DNA of 64,000 nucleotides. Source: a virus. This document shows positions 37,396 to 48,509 of this stretch, piece after piece (the first letter of the stretch is position 1; each line of letters opens with the position of its first letter). The stretch is taken from IMG/VR virus record IMGVR_UViG_3300050343_000261; one strand, 5' to 3'. The translations under genes and the position numbers were made by a program. The notes below the pieces were generated by a model. It had not been told where the DNA came from. It was given only the letters and a program-made list of their open reading frames with translations, and did no database searches.

Positions 37396-40258
37396 GATAA
37401 TCCACGAGGAGTTTTTGCTCGCGGATCAAAGTAGGCGCAGTTGTTATGCCAGTAAGACCAGTTGTATTGATTGTAAAGGTGGTTCCAATAGATGAATTTG
37501 CAGTTACCTTTGCCCAACTAAACTCTGCATAGTGGGTGCCAACATCGCTGTGTAGACCAGTAAAGTCAAGTCCATGACCACTAACAATATTGACGTGAAC
37601 CTTGACTACATCAGATGCAAGATCTTCAATATGAGAGCACTCGTAAATACCGTCAATACATGTGACAGCAGTACCGACAGTTGCAGTTCTATCTTTAGAT
37701 AGAGAAGTCAAACCACTTCCAACGTTTGATTTAGAAATTATAAAGTAATCTCCTGTACCGATACCAGTTTTGAGTTTACCGCCATATTGGTTTTGGCGTT
37801 GAGCATCATTCAATGAGATATGGAAGTGCATTTGCATGCCTTGGTCCGTTGAACCAACACCACACACATATCCACTATCCCCTACAATGTTGGCTACATT
37901 TTTCTCGACTCTCTCAACTTTGAAACCTGTTGTTCCATATCCTACAGGATTTACTTCATTATCTACCAGAAGCATTGGCCAATCTTCTTGTGGATTATAA
38001 GTATTCCCTTCAGTTAGACTAAAGATCAGAGAACCACTGTTCAAATATACTTCAGTGTCAAGGGCAGCAACATTACGAATAACTCGTGCTGCTGGGAAAA
38101 TTCTTGCTCCCAGGGAAGGACGAGACTTAGGAACCTTGACGCCTTCAACAAACTTATCTTCAGTCTGCTTACACAGATCAATAACCCGCGTAGGAATAGC
38201 AGCATCAGTAATATAAGGACCTTTGTAATTCGTGGTCAGTACAGTATCTCTACTGAATACATCACGCATAACACGACTGTCCTGCTTACCTAAAGTCAGG
38301 TTGTCGCCTTTCTTCACGTCAGGGAAATCTTCTGCCGTGGTGATGTCAGCATCAGTTCCTCGATAGAATAAAAACTGGAGACTTGAACCTGTTCTAGGTG
38401 GTTCAGTAAATCGAATTCTGGTTCCACCCTCAAAAACATATGCCTTGCCAGGTTTCTGAAGAACATCGTTGATAAAGATCAACAGGACTTGATCTAACTC
38501 AACTACAGATCCATCACGTTTCTCAATGCTCATTGGAACATTGTTTTTAGTTATCTGGAATACACTGCGTCTTCCATCAAACTGATCAGAAAAATTATCA
38601 AGAATTTCTAATTTACCAAATACCCATCCAGCAAACTCATCATCAAAGGTGTCTAGGACCGTCGCTGTTGCAGGAGTAAAATCAAGTCCATAGGTAGAGA
38701 TAGTCGGAATACCAACAACCTGGAGAAGTTCACCAACAGTATATCCATAACCAGGATTTACAATATCAATTTGACCGACACTTTTACCAGTACCAACAGT
38801 GACTCTTACACTCACACCAATCCCAGTATTGCTACTGACTAGTGCAATATCATCATATGCACCCGGAACATAACCAATACCTTGAGTATTGCCAAAAGAA
38901 ACAACAATACCCTTCCTAGGTAAACGGTTAGCGTTTACATCATTGGGGTTAGTGTTAGCGATAAATCCTGGTTGATCATTACCTTTGAACGCTACTGAAG
39001 TGATACCAGGGTTGGGTGAACTAATAAACTCATAATCAACATCAGGTTTCTGGAAAATATTATTGATTAGAATTGCACCAAAGTCAGTTGTAATACCACT
39101 AACATTAGTATTATCTTTTTTTAGTGTAAATGTTTTACCAATACCAGTAAACTGATCAGCAAGATCATCAAAGATCACGTTGCCATCGTAATCGCTACGT
39201 TGGAACACACGTCCTTGGAAACTACTACCGACCTGAATATCAGCATTGACGAGACTGTGGGTGCCAATACCAGCACTGATTAGCAATAATTTATTACCAA
39301 CTAAAGCGGCATCTTTTGTCTCTGCAAATGAAAAATTATTTGCCGCATTTTTGATGATATAATAATCTCTATTTGATTCTAAAGGTTCTGGTGGGTTGAG
39401 AGATCTCAACTTGACTTGTGTGCCAGTATCCAGATCGTCAGTTAGACTAGTGAAATAATTTGAACTGATACTGATATCATTTGACGATATACCAACTGTC
39501 CTTCTGTTACCGCCAAACGGAACATCTACAAATGTAATTTCATTATCAATAATATTATAATCACCTAACATAAACTGAACAGTATCGCCACTAGAATGGG
39601 TCTGTTTTTTCGTTCCCATCCAAGCACGATCTATTATAAATTTATTGGGATTACCATCTACGTTAGTCAAGCGAATTCTCATCACCTCATCGTTGATTTT
39701 GAATAAATCAAATCTTTCAAAGATAGATCCATCTGTCAAGACAACATTTTTGTTAGAGATAGAATCTACCGTAGTAGTTGCACCATGTTTTTGATACATG
39801 GGTGACTGTATGATATTATCTACAGAAATAATACATTTAGTATTTTGCTTTATTGCTTGGAACGTATGTGTTGAACCAATACCTACAGTAGAGATTCCAA
39901 TAGAATCTGCTGTGAGGGCAAGTGCTTTTGTTGCTGCTACTTTGAAAGTATTTTCGTTTACTTTGATTGCAAAAACCTCGGATGGTAAGGTGGTAGCAGC
40001 ACCCACACCATTCACACCATGATCAATACCGATAGGTTCGTTACCTGCCTCTGCAGTGTACTGTAACTTTTCCCCAGTAACAAAAAAATGATTATTGATA
40101 ACGATACTATCACTACCTGCAATGACCGCACTTGTGCTGCCACCATCAAATTCTTTCCTGAAAATAGGATCAAGTCTGTGACGCAGTTTGAACGTGCGTT
40201 TGAAACTTTCCGTTTCGGAGTTGAATTGTTTGTTGACAGAACCGAGTTTGAATGTCAT
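37391..40258 (-). CDS. Baseplate/virion structural protein (gp7-associated, distal part)
   Basis: 955 aa; TAATG-coupled to gp7; LILDNFSDQF-like FDGRRSVF, IFINDVLQKPG domains. Confidence 0.8.
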   Translation of the reverse strand: MTFKLGSVNKQFNSETESFKRTFKLRHRLDPIFRKEFDGGSTSAVIAGSDSIVINNHFFVTGEKLQYTAEAGNEPIGIDHGVNGVGAATTLPSEVFAIKVNENTFKVAATKALALTADSIGISTVGIGSTHTFQAIKQNTKCIISVDNIIQSPMYQKHGATTTVDSISNKNVVLTDGSIFERFDLFKINDEVMRIRLTNVDGNPNKFIIDRAWMGTKKQTHSSGDTVQFMLGDYNIIDNEITFVDVPFGGNRRTVGISSNDISISSNYFTSLTDDLDTGTQVKLRSLNPPEPLESNRDYYIIKNAANNFSFAETKDAALVGNKLLLISAGIGTHSLVNADIQVGSSFQGRVFQRSDYDGNVIFDDLADQFTGIGKTFTLKKDNTNVSGITTDFGAILINNIFQKPDVDYEFISSPNPGITSVAFKGNDQPGFIANTNPNDVNANRLPRKGIVVSFGNTQGIGYVPGAYDDIALVSSNTGIGVSVRVTVGTGKSVGQIDIVNPGYGYTVGELLQVVGIPTISTYGLDFTPATATVLDTFDDEFAGWVFGKLEILDNFSDQFDGRRSVFQITKNNVPMSIEKRDGSVVELDQVLLIFINDVLQKPGKAYVFEGGTRIRFTEPPRTGSSLQFLFYRGTDADITTAEDFPDVKKGDNLTLGKQDSRVMRDVFSRDTVLTTNYKGPYITDAAIPTRVIDLCKQTEDKFVEGVKVPKSRPSLGARIFPAARVIRNVAALDTEVYLNSGSLIFSLTEGNTYNPQEDWPMLLVDNEVNPVGYGTTGFKVERVEKNVANIVGDSGYVCGVGSTDQGMQMHFHISLNDAQRQNQYGGKLKTGIGTGDYFIISKSNVGSGLTSLSKDRTATVGTAVTCIDGIYECSHIEDLASDVVKVHVNIVSGHGLDFTGLHSDVGTHYAEFSWAKVTANSSIGTTFTINTTGLTGITTAPTLIREQKLLVDYP

Positions 40259-43200
40259 TAGAGGTTTATTGTCGTATCTTGGGCGATACTATCGGGTCGA
40301 TCAAGTCGAATCTCGTAAGTGCGGCAAACATATTCTTTGTTTGCTAGAGGCATAAACATTAGACGCATGTTTGAACCATCAAGGTCCATCTCTACATTAC
40401 GAATGTCACGCTTTTGATTAGAAGCGTTGGACAAGTTGTTGTAGACGTTATAGTTGAGATTACCGTTTGTAGAATTACCAGCAACAGTAAACGCAGAGTA
40501 TTCATCATCCGTAGTATTATGTATTTGCACAAAATACTTGACCGATGTGAAAGATCCAGTAGACTTGATTGATATGGGAGTATTGGCAGGACTTCCGGCG
40601 GCACCAATCGTTATATAAGCACCTGTTAGTTTACTATCTCCCACTGATAGGGTACTGATGCCAGAAACGTTGGATTGTGCTGTTTGAGCAACACCAACTT
40701 GAGTCACCATCATGTGAACGTCAACCGCTTGGTTGGCAGCAGGAGTGTATGTCAAACTAAGAACATTGCTAGCATTATCCATATCAAAATCACCTAGAGT
40801 GAAACTGGTGTCCATGTTTCCATAGTCACTGTAGATAACATTATTTGCTCCATCCATAAGGAAGTTGTACTCTTCCATTTCAGTCTCTGTAGCACTCTCA
40901 TGTGCTACCACAATAAGACCTGACCGGAACTTAGTTCCATCAATATCATACAGTGATACCGTAGTAGGAGATCCACTTGCAGCGAACGCAGAACTAAGAC
41001 CAATTTTCTCTACATGACTAAACGAAGTGCTGCCAATACCAGCAGTCACAGTACGAGGTAGTTCTTCTTTATAGAATGTAACGTCGTAAGTAAATGTAAA
41101 GTTGAAAGGTTGGAACTTTACGATAACATCATTACCAGACATTTCTGCAATAAACTCTCCCAAATCAAACGAATCCGACAAATCCGAATATTGGTTGATG
41201 AAACTACTAGTACCATCAGAGAAGACAATAAATTCGCAGAACTGAGTTGTATTGAAAGTCAGACCCAGGGATTCATCTAGAACCACTTGTGCATGGTATT
41301 TGACGCCGGATACAGGATCAACACCACTAGCAGTACCAGGGAAAATATCAATAATTACAGCACGATTTACATCTGGATCGTTATAGAACTGAGGACTGAT
41401 ATCATCAATTTCTAAAACTCGATTGGTGTTACTAATAATTGTGGAACCAAATCTGGTAGATGTGAAGACAACTTTGTCACTAGCAGTGTTAGTAGAATCT
41501 GGTTGCTCAAAACCAGTGTCAAATGCCTTGAAGCAAGAGAGTTTATCCTCACTTTCAATCAATACAACTGCTTGTGCAGCACCACCATCACCAGCGATTG
41601 TGATTTGAGATGTAGTTCCCAAACCAACAACTGAGGAGTTGATAAGCATGTCAGCATGTTTTTTGAATCCAGCAATATGTGCTAGTGAATCAACTGGTTC
41701 ACTCCAAGAAGAAATACCAATCTTAGACTTCAGAGAATAAGAGAATTGTTGGTAGTAGTCACTATCTTGAATACGCTGAGTGATATCAGACAGTTTGCCC
41801 GTATCAGTTTCCCATCCAAAACGTCCCTTATGAATAATGCCAGTCTCAAAATGACCCTTTGCTTTATCAATCTGTTCGATTGTGCCGCCAGAGTTTGACA
41901 GTTCAGCAGTAATCTTGTCACCAACTTCAAAACCTTCAACGGTATCTACACGCAGTACATTGCGGCGTTTGCCTGCACCAAAGACGACCTTGGCAGAAAA
42001 ATCACTTTGATTGTGAATAGTTTCTCCACTGTCAAATTCACTTTCTACCAGAGTCGCCTCAAACTGAGCAACATCAACAGCATTTACTACAGAACCAAAC
42101 TGACTGTTGTCGTAGGCACCAGGATTTTGTGTTGTCTTATACTTGATGGTAGCACCGTTGAACACGTTGAGGTTTGCATTGACTTCTGTCAACTCAAACG
42201 ACTGATAACCAAAGTCTGCGGAGTTATATCCATTACCAGTGGTAACACCAACGTTTTCAACAAACACCTTGTCTCCCACAACAAAAGGAAGGGGAACGGA
42301 GTTGGTAAATCCGGATTGAGGTGTTTTGAGAGTCAGGGTAACATTTGGGAATGCATAACTGGCACTAACAATTCCAACTCCATTGGTATTATTGATTGCA
42401 ACAATTTTGTTGTCACCACTACGTAAATTGCCACCACCACTAATAACTTTGACTGCACTAACACCAGATCCCTGTAGATCTACCCGGAATTTAGTGGTAT
42501 CACTAATTTGATCGGTCTTGGAGTTGTAGATAACCAGGTCAGGAGGTGTCAGATATTTCTTACCAGCAGAAGTAATACCAACATCAGTGATTGTAAAGTT
42601 GTCCTTTAGGTAGATAACCTGAGGAACAGATGCTTCTGGACGAAGTGTTTTATCAGAAGGATAATCACATCCATATCCAGAGATATTGACTTCTCTGATT
42701 TTTCCGATCATAGAACCAGAAGGACGAACTAATGCAGATGTCCCTGAGGTAGAAGCAATGCTGACTTGAGGAATATCGCGATAGTTTAGACCACCTGAGG
42801 TGATTTCAATTTCTCCAATCGGACCAGCATCATTATTAGTATTTGTAAGATAAGAAATGTTGGCGGTTTGGGTTGTATAACCAACACGCTCAGGTTCTCT
42901 AAAAATGTTGTACGTAAACTGGTCACTACCAACAGTGCTGATAGTTCCAGATGCGGTGAAGACACTAGTGTTTACGACAATCTTATTATGATCATCAATA
43001 TCAATATTTTCGTCAATGTTTTTGATGCTACTGAAAGAGTTGACCCTGTAGAAGAGAATCTCAGGAGCATCACTATTCATTGATACACTTGCCTTAGCAT
43101 TTGCATTTCCAGCAATGCCACTGTAAGTTACTTGTGGTGTAGTGGTACCAGAACCAACAAATTGTTTTTTATATTTGGGGTCAAGGTAGAATTCAATCTT

Positions 43201-46200
43201 AGTGTCCAGCATGCTGGAATGAGAGATATCAAACTCAAGCGTATCCCCACGGGTAACATCAATACGTGGGTTAGCAGAGTTGCCGATGCTAACAAAACGA
43301 TCGCCAGAATTGTAAACTAGTGCCACGGAGGACGTTGCCGCCGATACCACAGTCATTTCAATCATGTCTAGAGGACGCAGACTATGTGCCTCTTTTGTGG
43401 TTGCTAAAACATTAGTTGTACTAACCTTACCAGTAACAGCAGTTCTATCAGTTTTGAAGAAGTGAGTATTACCAATGCCAGTTTGATCTGGGTAGTACAT
43501 TACTCGTGCATCAGCAGAACCAATACCAGCAAACGTAGTAACGATGCCGATAGTGTTCTGACTCAAAACCTGAATAAACAAGTTAGTTTCAGGGAGGGGT
43601 GAAGTCCAACCACTTGATGTTCCACCAGCACCTGTGGTGGGTTGATAATTCAGTCGAGTGCCATTCTCTGAGTTGTATTTGATTTTGTCGCCAGTTTGGA
43701 AATTGTGGCGAGGAATGAATAACGACCTGGTAGGAATCGTCTGTTGTCCAAAGTCAACAGTGTCAATTGTGTGGTTGTTTACTGCACCATAAGAAAGACC
43801 CAACCCAACTTGATTCCCAGCATCAAAGTAAACCGTATAGTTGGCAGGAGTAGCAGGAACGAAAGGTATTTTGTAAGTAAATTTTGTCGGCAGAAGTGTG
43901 ATCGCAGCACCAAATGTGTGTCCTGCAGATACAGTCCCGTTGACTGCACGAATCAAATCAATTTGATTTTGAAGTGTGTCAATTCCAAACACCTTCATCT
44001 GCTCACTATCTACTTGAAGAATGTCATCTACTTCAAAGATATTGACGTTATCAGATAAACGGATACTAGTTGTTATACCAGCAGTAGCACCAACATCAGA
44101 TAAGTGAGTAGCGATACCAGAAGTTACCCTGCTCACCACAACCTGATGGATACCTTGCATCTGAGTATGGTCAGTTGAACTGATGTCAGATACCTGAATA
44201 AAGGTGTTATTGCCTAAGGTATGCGGAACAGTAGTAATTCCTGTTACTTGTCCATCTGCAAAAATAAACTCTACACTGTCAAGTTCAAGAAGACTGGATT
44301 CAATTTCAGTTACCTTTGGTCCAACAATTTTACTAACTTTGGCAATAGCGCCAAATCCATTAGTATCAGCGTTGTTGAAAGACAAAGGGTCTCCAACATA
44401 GTATCCTTCGCCATTTTCAATAATTTTTATATTTTCAATTGAACCTTGTTCAGTTGAAAGAATTCTTGATTGAACATCTATACCACGATTTGAGTTTGAG
44501 ATGAACTCATATTCATTGATATTGAATGACTTGGTATTCTTGACTACCCCATATCGAGTGGGATCTTGACGTTGGTCAAAATCATATTCAAAGTTTTTAG
44601 ATTCAATTTTAGATCTATAAGTATCTCCTACAACGTAGGGGAAGACTGGAGATCTTGCATTGTGGAAAGGATCTCCAGAGTTTGAAACCAGATTAGTAGA
44701 TACTGTTGTGTAATAAGCGTAGATGCCATTAGGATACTCCGGAGTAACTGCAAATCGTCCATTATGCTCATCTAGATCACCTGATCCAGGAACATATTTG
44801 TAATCTTCAACAAAGAACCCCGCAGGGAAATCAAGTAATTGAGGTCCATCAAAACGCTGACCAGTTACCTTGACATAACTGGATTGCATGTACTTGAGAG
44901 TACCTCCATTTGTTCCACTGAAAGCATATGGTCCATAAATTGGGTTACCGTCATAAGCGTATCCCAAAATAGGAGAGTGCTCAACACCATCATCTCCCAG
45001 ATAACTACGGAGTTGTCTTGGAACGTAGTAGTTTATGTAAGGTAAACCAAACTTAGATTCCCGAGGTGAACCGTAGAATCCATCATCAGTCTGAACGTCA
45101 CCTAATTTTGCAAAACGATCAACATTATTGATTGTCCAGGTTTTGATATTGGCAGAAAATATCGCCCCAGTTCCAGGTGTGACTGCTTTTGCAGTAGTCA
45201 TTACTTGGGTGTAGTTTGCACCCTTCTGAATCATCACAATATCGACAACCTCTCCATTGGAGACCACTGCTTTCGCCTTGGCACCAATACCATCACCAGA
45301 GATGACAATATCTGGGATGTTGAAGAAGTCTTGACCGCCTGCCTTGATAATGATCGATTCAATACGACCATTTACAATGAAGGGTTGTAAGTAAGCATTC
45401 TTACCTCCAATTACAGTGACTTCTGGACGATGGTTATCATTTATAACAGTAGAACCAAACCTAGTTCCATCTTCAATAACCTCAGCACCAACAATTTCCC
45501 CTCGTAAAATGGGAGTTGCTGTTGCATTTGCCGTAGATATTCCTTGACGACCAACAATGTTGACAATGATTGGGGGATCCGACAGCAGATGACTACTGCC
45601 ATTACCAGGATCAAGAAGTTTGACAAAGGAATCACCATCTTCAACTGTTGCTAGACGAAAATTGTCCTCGTCAAGTTTTCGGCAATAGTAATCTAATCCT
45701 TTAGTCAGACCACCAATAGCAATAGAATTTGGTGCCTCATATCTAATTTGATCACCATTGACAAATCCGTGATTTGGATAATAGAAAGCATCAATAAACG
45801 TGTTTATTCCAACAGTACCTGATGTAAACCTAAGAGTTCTATTGTAGAAAGTTCCTGGTTGATCAACATAGATTTTATCTAGTTTATTTCTACGCTCAAT
45901 AGTCGATAATTTATGAACACCAGCACCATTGCTATCAATGGGGATAGTGCCAATACCTGCCAGTGCCTTTTCAGGTGACTCTGACAACATGATCTCAAAC
46001 TGATCCTTGACGACCACATAGTATGGGTTACCGTCAATCAAGTTGCCAGGTGTAGTACCAATACCAATTTCAGTTGTTCCACCGCTGGTGTAGATAACTG
46101 CCTCACCATGCTTGAACCCATGAGGTACCTTGAACTGGAATCTATCTTCCTCAGTATTGACAACACCACCAGCAGAGGTTGCATCAAACTCTGCCTCTTG

Positions 46201-48504
46201 AGGAACAATCTTCAACTGGGGAACAATGATTGCAGATCCTTTATGATTACCACCACTAATTGATACCAGAGGCATCTCTTGGTAATCTACGCCCTCAGTG
46301 TCAATCAGGATCTCCTTCAAGGTGCCTTTGACTTGAGCAACGCAAGATGCACCTATTCCAGTGTGACTGCTCTGTGAGACGGACAGGCGAGGGGGATTTA
46401 CAATATCGTAATCTGAACCAGAGTTCAAAATATCGATAGTATTCAGAGCGCCATAAAATACTTTTTCAGTTGACTTGTAAGAATGAATTTCAACTCCGTT
46501 TGCAAATAGTCCAACCGCACCAGGTGCTGAAGTTGGAGGAGTTTCGTCAAAAGTCGCTACTGGAAACTTACGAAGCAAATTCTGTGGGGAGTTTTCCTTA
46601 CCCGCAAATTGAATAGGTGTAAAACTATGCTCAGTTTGTGTATTAGAATCTGAGGTTGTGATACCAACAATATAGTTTCCGTTACGAACATTCTCTGCAG
46701 TAAGAGCAAGAGAAAACTTGTTGCCATTTACACGTTTTACATAATAGGAATCACCCTCAACAAGGTTGTCTAACTTTGAACCTTGGACAGAGTTATATGT
46801 GACAATATCGCCATTAGCAAAGTGGTGGTCAATAACCTCAAATTCAGTGCCAAACTGTTGCAGATATGGATAATATGTTCGAGTACGTTTAGAAGCATTG
46901 ATTGTCCAATGAGGCAGACTGTTTGATGCTACAAACACTGCGTCATTAGGATCTCTATAAGTTGCTTGAACGTCAGCGGTATACTCATTCTGAAGTTTGA
47001 GATTCCTACGAATGAAGTAAACAATATTAGGATTTAGAGCAGCAGTAGTAACAATAATACTAGTGCTATCAAAAATACTGATAACTGTTCCTGGATTGAT
47101 ATTATTATCGGGATCTACAACATCAAATTTATCATCTATTGAGAAATCATGAGGTCTGCTCAGATCTAATTGATATTTTCCAGGACTAATAATTTTCCAC
47201 CCAACAAGAGTATGTTTTGGTGTGGAGTTTTGAATCCAAGTGGTAAATCGATTATCAGTTTCAATATTACCAAGTTGCTTGACATTGATAATACTTTCTC
47301 TTTGTTGGTTTACAGAATTTCCAACAAATTTAGAAAGAATACCTACGACTTCAACCGTTACTGGTTTAGTGAGATCTCCATCCTCATAAGAGATGGCGTC
47401 CACGCCAAATGTTATGGTAGATCCAATTGAAGTAACTGCTGCGGTAGATGTTACTCCAATAAATTGAGTATAGTTCTTATCTGTATACTGATAGGTTTTC
47501 CCACCCATCCCCAAATAACCAGTGGTCCCAAATCCAACTGTTGAGTCAACGTCGAGAATCGTTGCGCCGGAAGGGATCTCACGGGTTACAAAAGTCTTAT
47601 TAGTCTGTTGGAATGTGCCGAAGGTTGTATCTTGAGACAACCTAATCTTGTAAAAAGTGTGAATGCCTACGATTGTAGACTCAACAGAATATACACTTGC
47701 ACTAATACCATCACCCTGACTGATGGTTTGCCCATCAATATTCAGAGCATTCCCCTGCTTTGCCTTCGCTAGGAGAACATCATTGGTCAGGTAGTCCGCA
47801 GAAGACGGACGAATCATGTAGCGAGCGGGTTGAAGCATCTCAACCTCTTCACCATAAAGCGCACCAAAGAGAATTTTGAAAGATTCTTCTGTACCTTTTG
47901 TACTAAAGAAGTCTTTTGCTTGGCGAATGAAGTTGCTCTGATTGACTTTCTCGTTTAGAGGGCGCTCAGAGAATCCAGGTAAAACTTGTTTTTTTAGTTT
48001 CTTGAGAAAAGTCTGAAGAAAAACGTTACTCAGGTTAGTAACTTTCGCTCCAGTACCATGAGTTCCTAAACCACTATTGGTGAAAGTAAGGAACTCTGGA
48101 GAATTGGTCTTTTGATTATTTTCAATACCACTAAAGGCACGCTGACATCCAGTGAAGGAAGTGGTGCCTATACCCGTATATGTAATAATTTCATCATTGA
48201 TCTTTAGCAGACCCCAGGATGAAGGCCATCCTTTAGTAGAATCCACATAGATGGTATCATCTCTACCACCAACATACTGACTAACTGAGGTAAAACTAAT
48301 CAGGTTAGTATTGTTTAGTACATCAAGACCTTTATACTCAACTAAGTTCTCAGCAATATCAATCGTTCCCCCTTGATACTCTTGGGAGAGATAATACTGC
48401 TTCATGAACTCCCCAAAAAGCGGACTCTCTGAATCAATAGATCCTGGAATCTGACTTTGGACTACTTCATGAATTTTGACTCGTGTAAGAGAGGTCTCGA
48501 TCAC
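40258..48504 (-). CDS. gp7: Baseplate wedge initiator-like giant protein
   Basis: RVKIHEVVQSQIP, FIRQAKDFFSTKGTEESFKILFGALY, HSPILGYAYDGNPIYGPY, RIQDSDYYQQFSYSLKS; GTG start; follows gp6. Confidence 0.85.
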   Translation of the reverse strand: MIETSLTRVKIHEVVQSQIPGSIDSESPLFGEFMKQYYLSQEYQGGTIDIAENLVEYKGLDVLNNTNLISFTSVSQYVGGRDDTIYVDSTKGWPSSWGLLKINDEIITYTGIGTTSFTGCQRAFSGIENNQKTNSPEFLTFTNSGLGTHGTGAKVTNLSNVFLQTFLKKLKKQVLPGFSERPLNEKVNQSNFIRQAKDFFSTKGTEESFKILFGALYGEEVEMLQPARYMIRPSSADYLTNDVLLAKAKQGNALNIDGQTISQGDGISASVYSVESTIVGIHTFYKIRLSQDTTFGTFQQTNKTFVTREIPSGATILDVDSTVGFGTTGYLGMGGKTYQYTDKNYTQFIGVTSTAAVTSIGSTITFGVDAISYEDGDLTKPVTVEVVGILSKFVGNSVNQQRESIINVKQLGNIETDNRFTTWIQNSTPKHTLVGWKIISPGKYQLDLSRPHDFSIDDKFDVVDPDNNINPGTVISIFDSTSIIVTTAALNPNIVYFIRRNLKLQNEYTADVQATYRDPNDAVFVASNSLPHWTINASKRTRTYYPYLQQFGTEFEVIDHHFANGDIVTYNSVQGSKLDNLVEGDSYYVKRVNGNKFSLALTAENVRNGNYIVGITTSDSNTQTEHSFTPIQFAGKENSPQNLLRKFPVATFDETPPTSAPGAVGLFANGVEIHSYKSTEKVFYGALNTIDILNSGSDYDIVNPPRLSVSQSSHTGIGASCVAQVKGTLKEILIDTEGVDYQEMPLVSISGGNHKGSAIIVPQLKIVPQEAEFDATSAGGVVNTEEDRFQFKVPHGFKHGEAVIYTSGGTTEIGIGTTPGNLIDGNPYYVVVKDQFEIMLSESPEKALAGIGTIPIDSNGAGVHKLSTIERRNKLDKIYVDQPGTFYNRTLRFTSGTVGINTFIDAFYYPNHGFVNGDQIRYEAPNSIAIGGLTKGLDYYCRKLDEDNFRLATVEDGDSFVKLLDPGNGSSHLLSDPPIIVNIVGRQGISTANATATPILRGEIVGAEVIEDGTRFGSTVINDNHRPEVTVIGGKNAYLQPFIVNGRIESIIIKAGGQDFFNIPDIVISGDGIGAKAKAVVSNGEVVDIVMIQKGANYTQVMTTAKAVTPGTGAIFSANIKTWTINNVDRFAKLGDVQTDDGFYGSPRESKFGLPYINYYVPRQLRSYLGDDGVEHSPILGYAYDGNPIYGPYAFSGTNGGTLKYMQSSYVKVTGQRFDGPQLLDFPAGFFVEDYKYVPGSGDLDEHNGRFAVTPEYPNGIYAYYTTVSTNLVSNSGDPFHNARSPVFPYVVGDTYRSKIESKNFEYDFDQRQDPTRYGVVKNTKSFNINEYEFISNSNRGIDVQSRILSTEQGSIENIKIIENGEGYYVGDPLSFNNADTNGFGAIAKVSKIVGPKVTEIESSLLELDSVEFIFADGQVTGITTVPHTLGNNTFIQVSDISSTDHTQMQGIHQVVVSRVTSGIATHLSDVGATAGITTSIRLSDNVNIFEVDDILQVDSEQMKVFGIDTLQNQIDLIRAVNGTVSAGHTFGAAITLLPTKFTYKIPFVPATPANYTVYFDAGNQVGLGLSYGAVNNHTIDTVDFGQQTIPTRSLFIPRHNFQTGDKIKYNSENGTRLNYQPTTGAGGTSSGWTSPLPETNLFIQVLSQNTIGIVTTFAGIGSADARVMYYPDQTGIGNTHFFKTDRTAVTGKVSTTNVLATTKEAHSLRPLDMIEMTVVSAATSSVALVYNSGDRFVSIGNSANPRIDVTRGDTLEFDISHSSMLDTKIEFYLDPKYKKQFVGSGTTTPQVTYSGIAGNANAKASVSMNSDAPEILFYRVNSFSSIKNIDENIDIDDHNKIVVNTSVFTASGTISTVGSDQFTYNIFREPERVGYTTQTANISYLTNTNNDAGPIGEIEITSGGLNYRDIPQVSIASTSGTSALVRPSGSMIGKIREVNISGYGCDYPSDKTLRPEASVPQVIYLKDNFTITDVGITSAGKKYLTPPDLVIYNSKTDQISDTTKFRVDLQGSGVSAVKVISGGGNLRSGDNKIVAINNTNGVGIVSASYAFPNVTLTLKTPQSGFTNSVPLPFVVGDKVFVENVGVTTGNGYNSADFGYQSFELTEVNANLNVFNGATIKYKTTQNPGAYDNSQFGSVVNAVDVAQFEATLVESEFDSGETIHNQSDFSAKVVFGAGKRRNVLRVDTVEGFEVGDKITAELSNSGGTIEQIDKAKGHFETGIIHKGRFGWETDTGKLSDITQRIQDSDYYQQFSYSLKSKIGISSWSEPVDSLAHIAGFKKHADMLINSSVVGLGTTSQITIAGDGGAAQAVVLIESEDKLSCFKAFDTGFEQPDSTNTASDKVVFTSTRFGSTIISNTNRVLEIDDISPQFYNDPDVNRAVIIDIFPGTASGVDPVSGVKYHAQVVLDESLGLTFNTTQFCEFIVFSDGTSSFINQYSDLSDSFDLGEFIAEMSGNDVIVKFQPFNFTFTYDVTFYKEELPRTVTAGIGSTSFSHVEKIGLSSAFAASGSPTTVSLYDIDGTKFRSGLIVVAHESATETEMEEYNFLMDGANNVIYSDYGNMDTSFTLGDFDMDNASNVLSLTYTPAANQAVDVHMMVTQVGVAQTAQSNVSGISTLSVGDSKLTGAYITIGAAGSPANTPISIKSTGSFTSVKYFVQIHNTTDDEYSAFTVAGNSTNGNLNYNVYNNLSNASNQKRDIRNVEMDLDGSNMRLMFMPLANKEYVCRTYEIRLDRPDSIAQDTTINL

Positions 48505-48509
48505 GTTTA

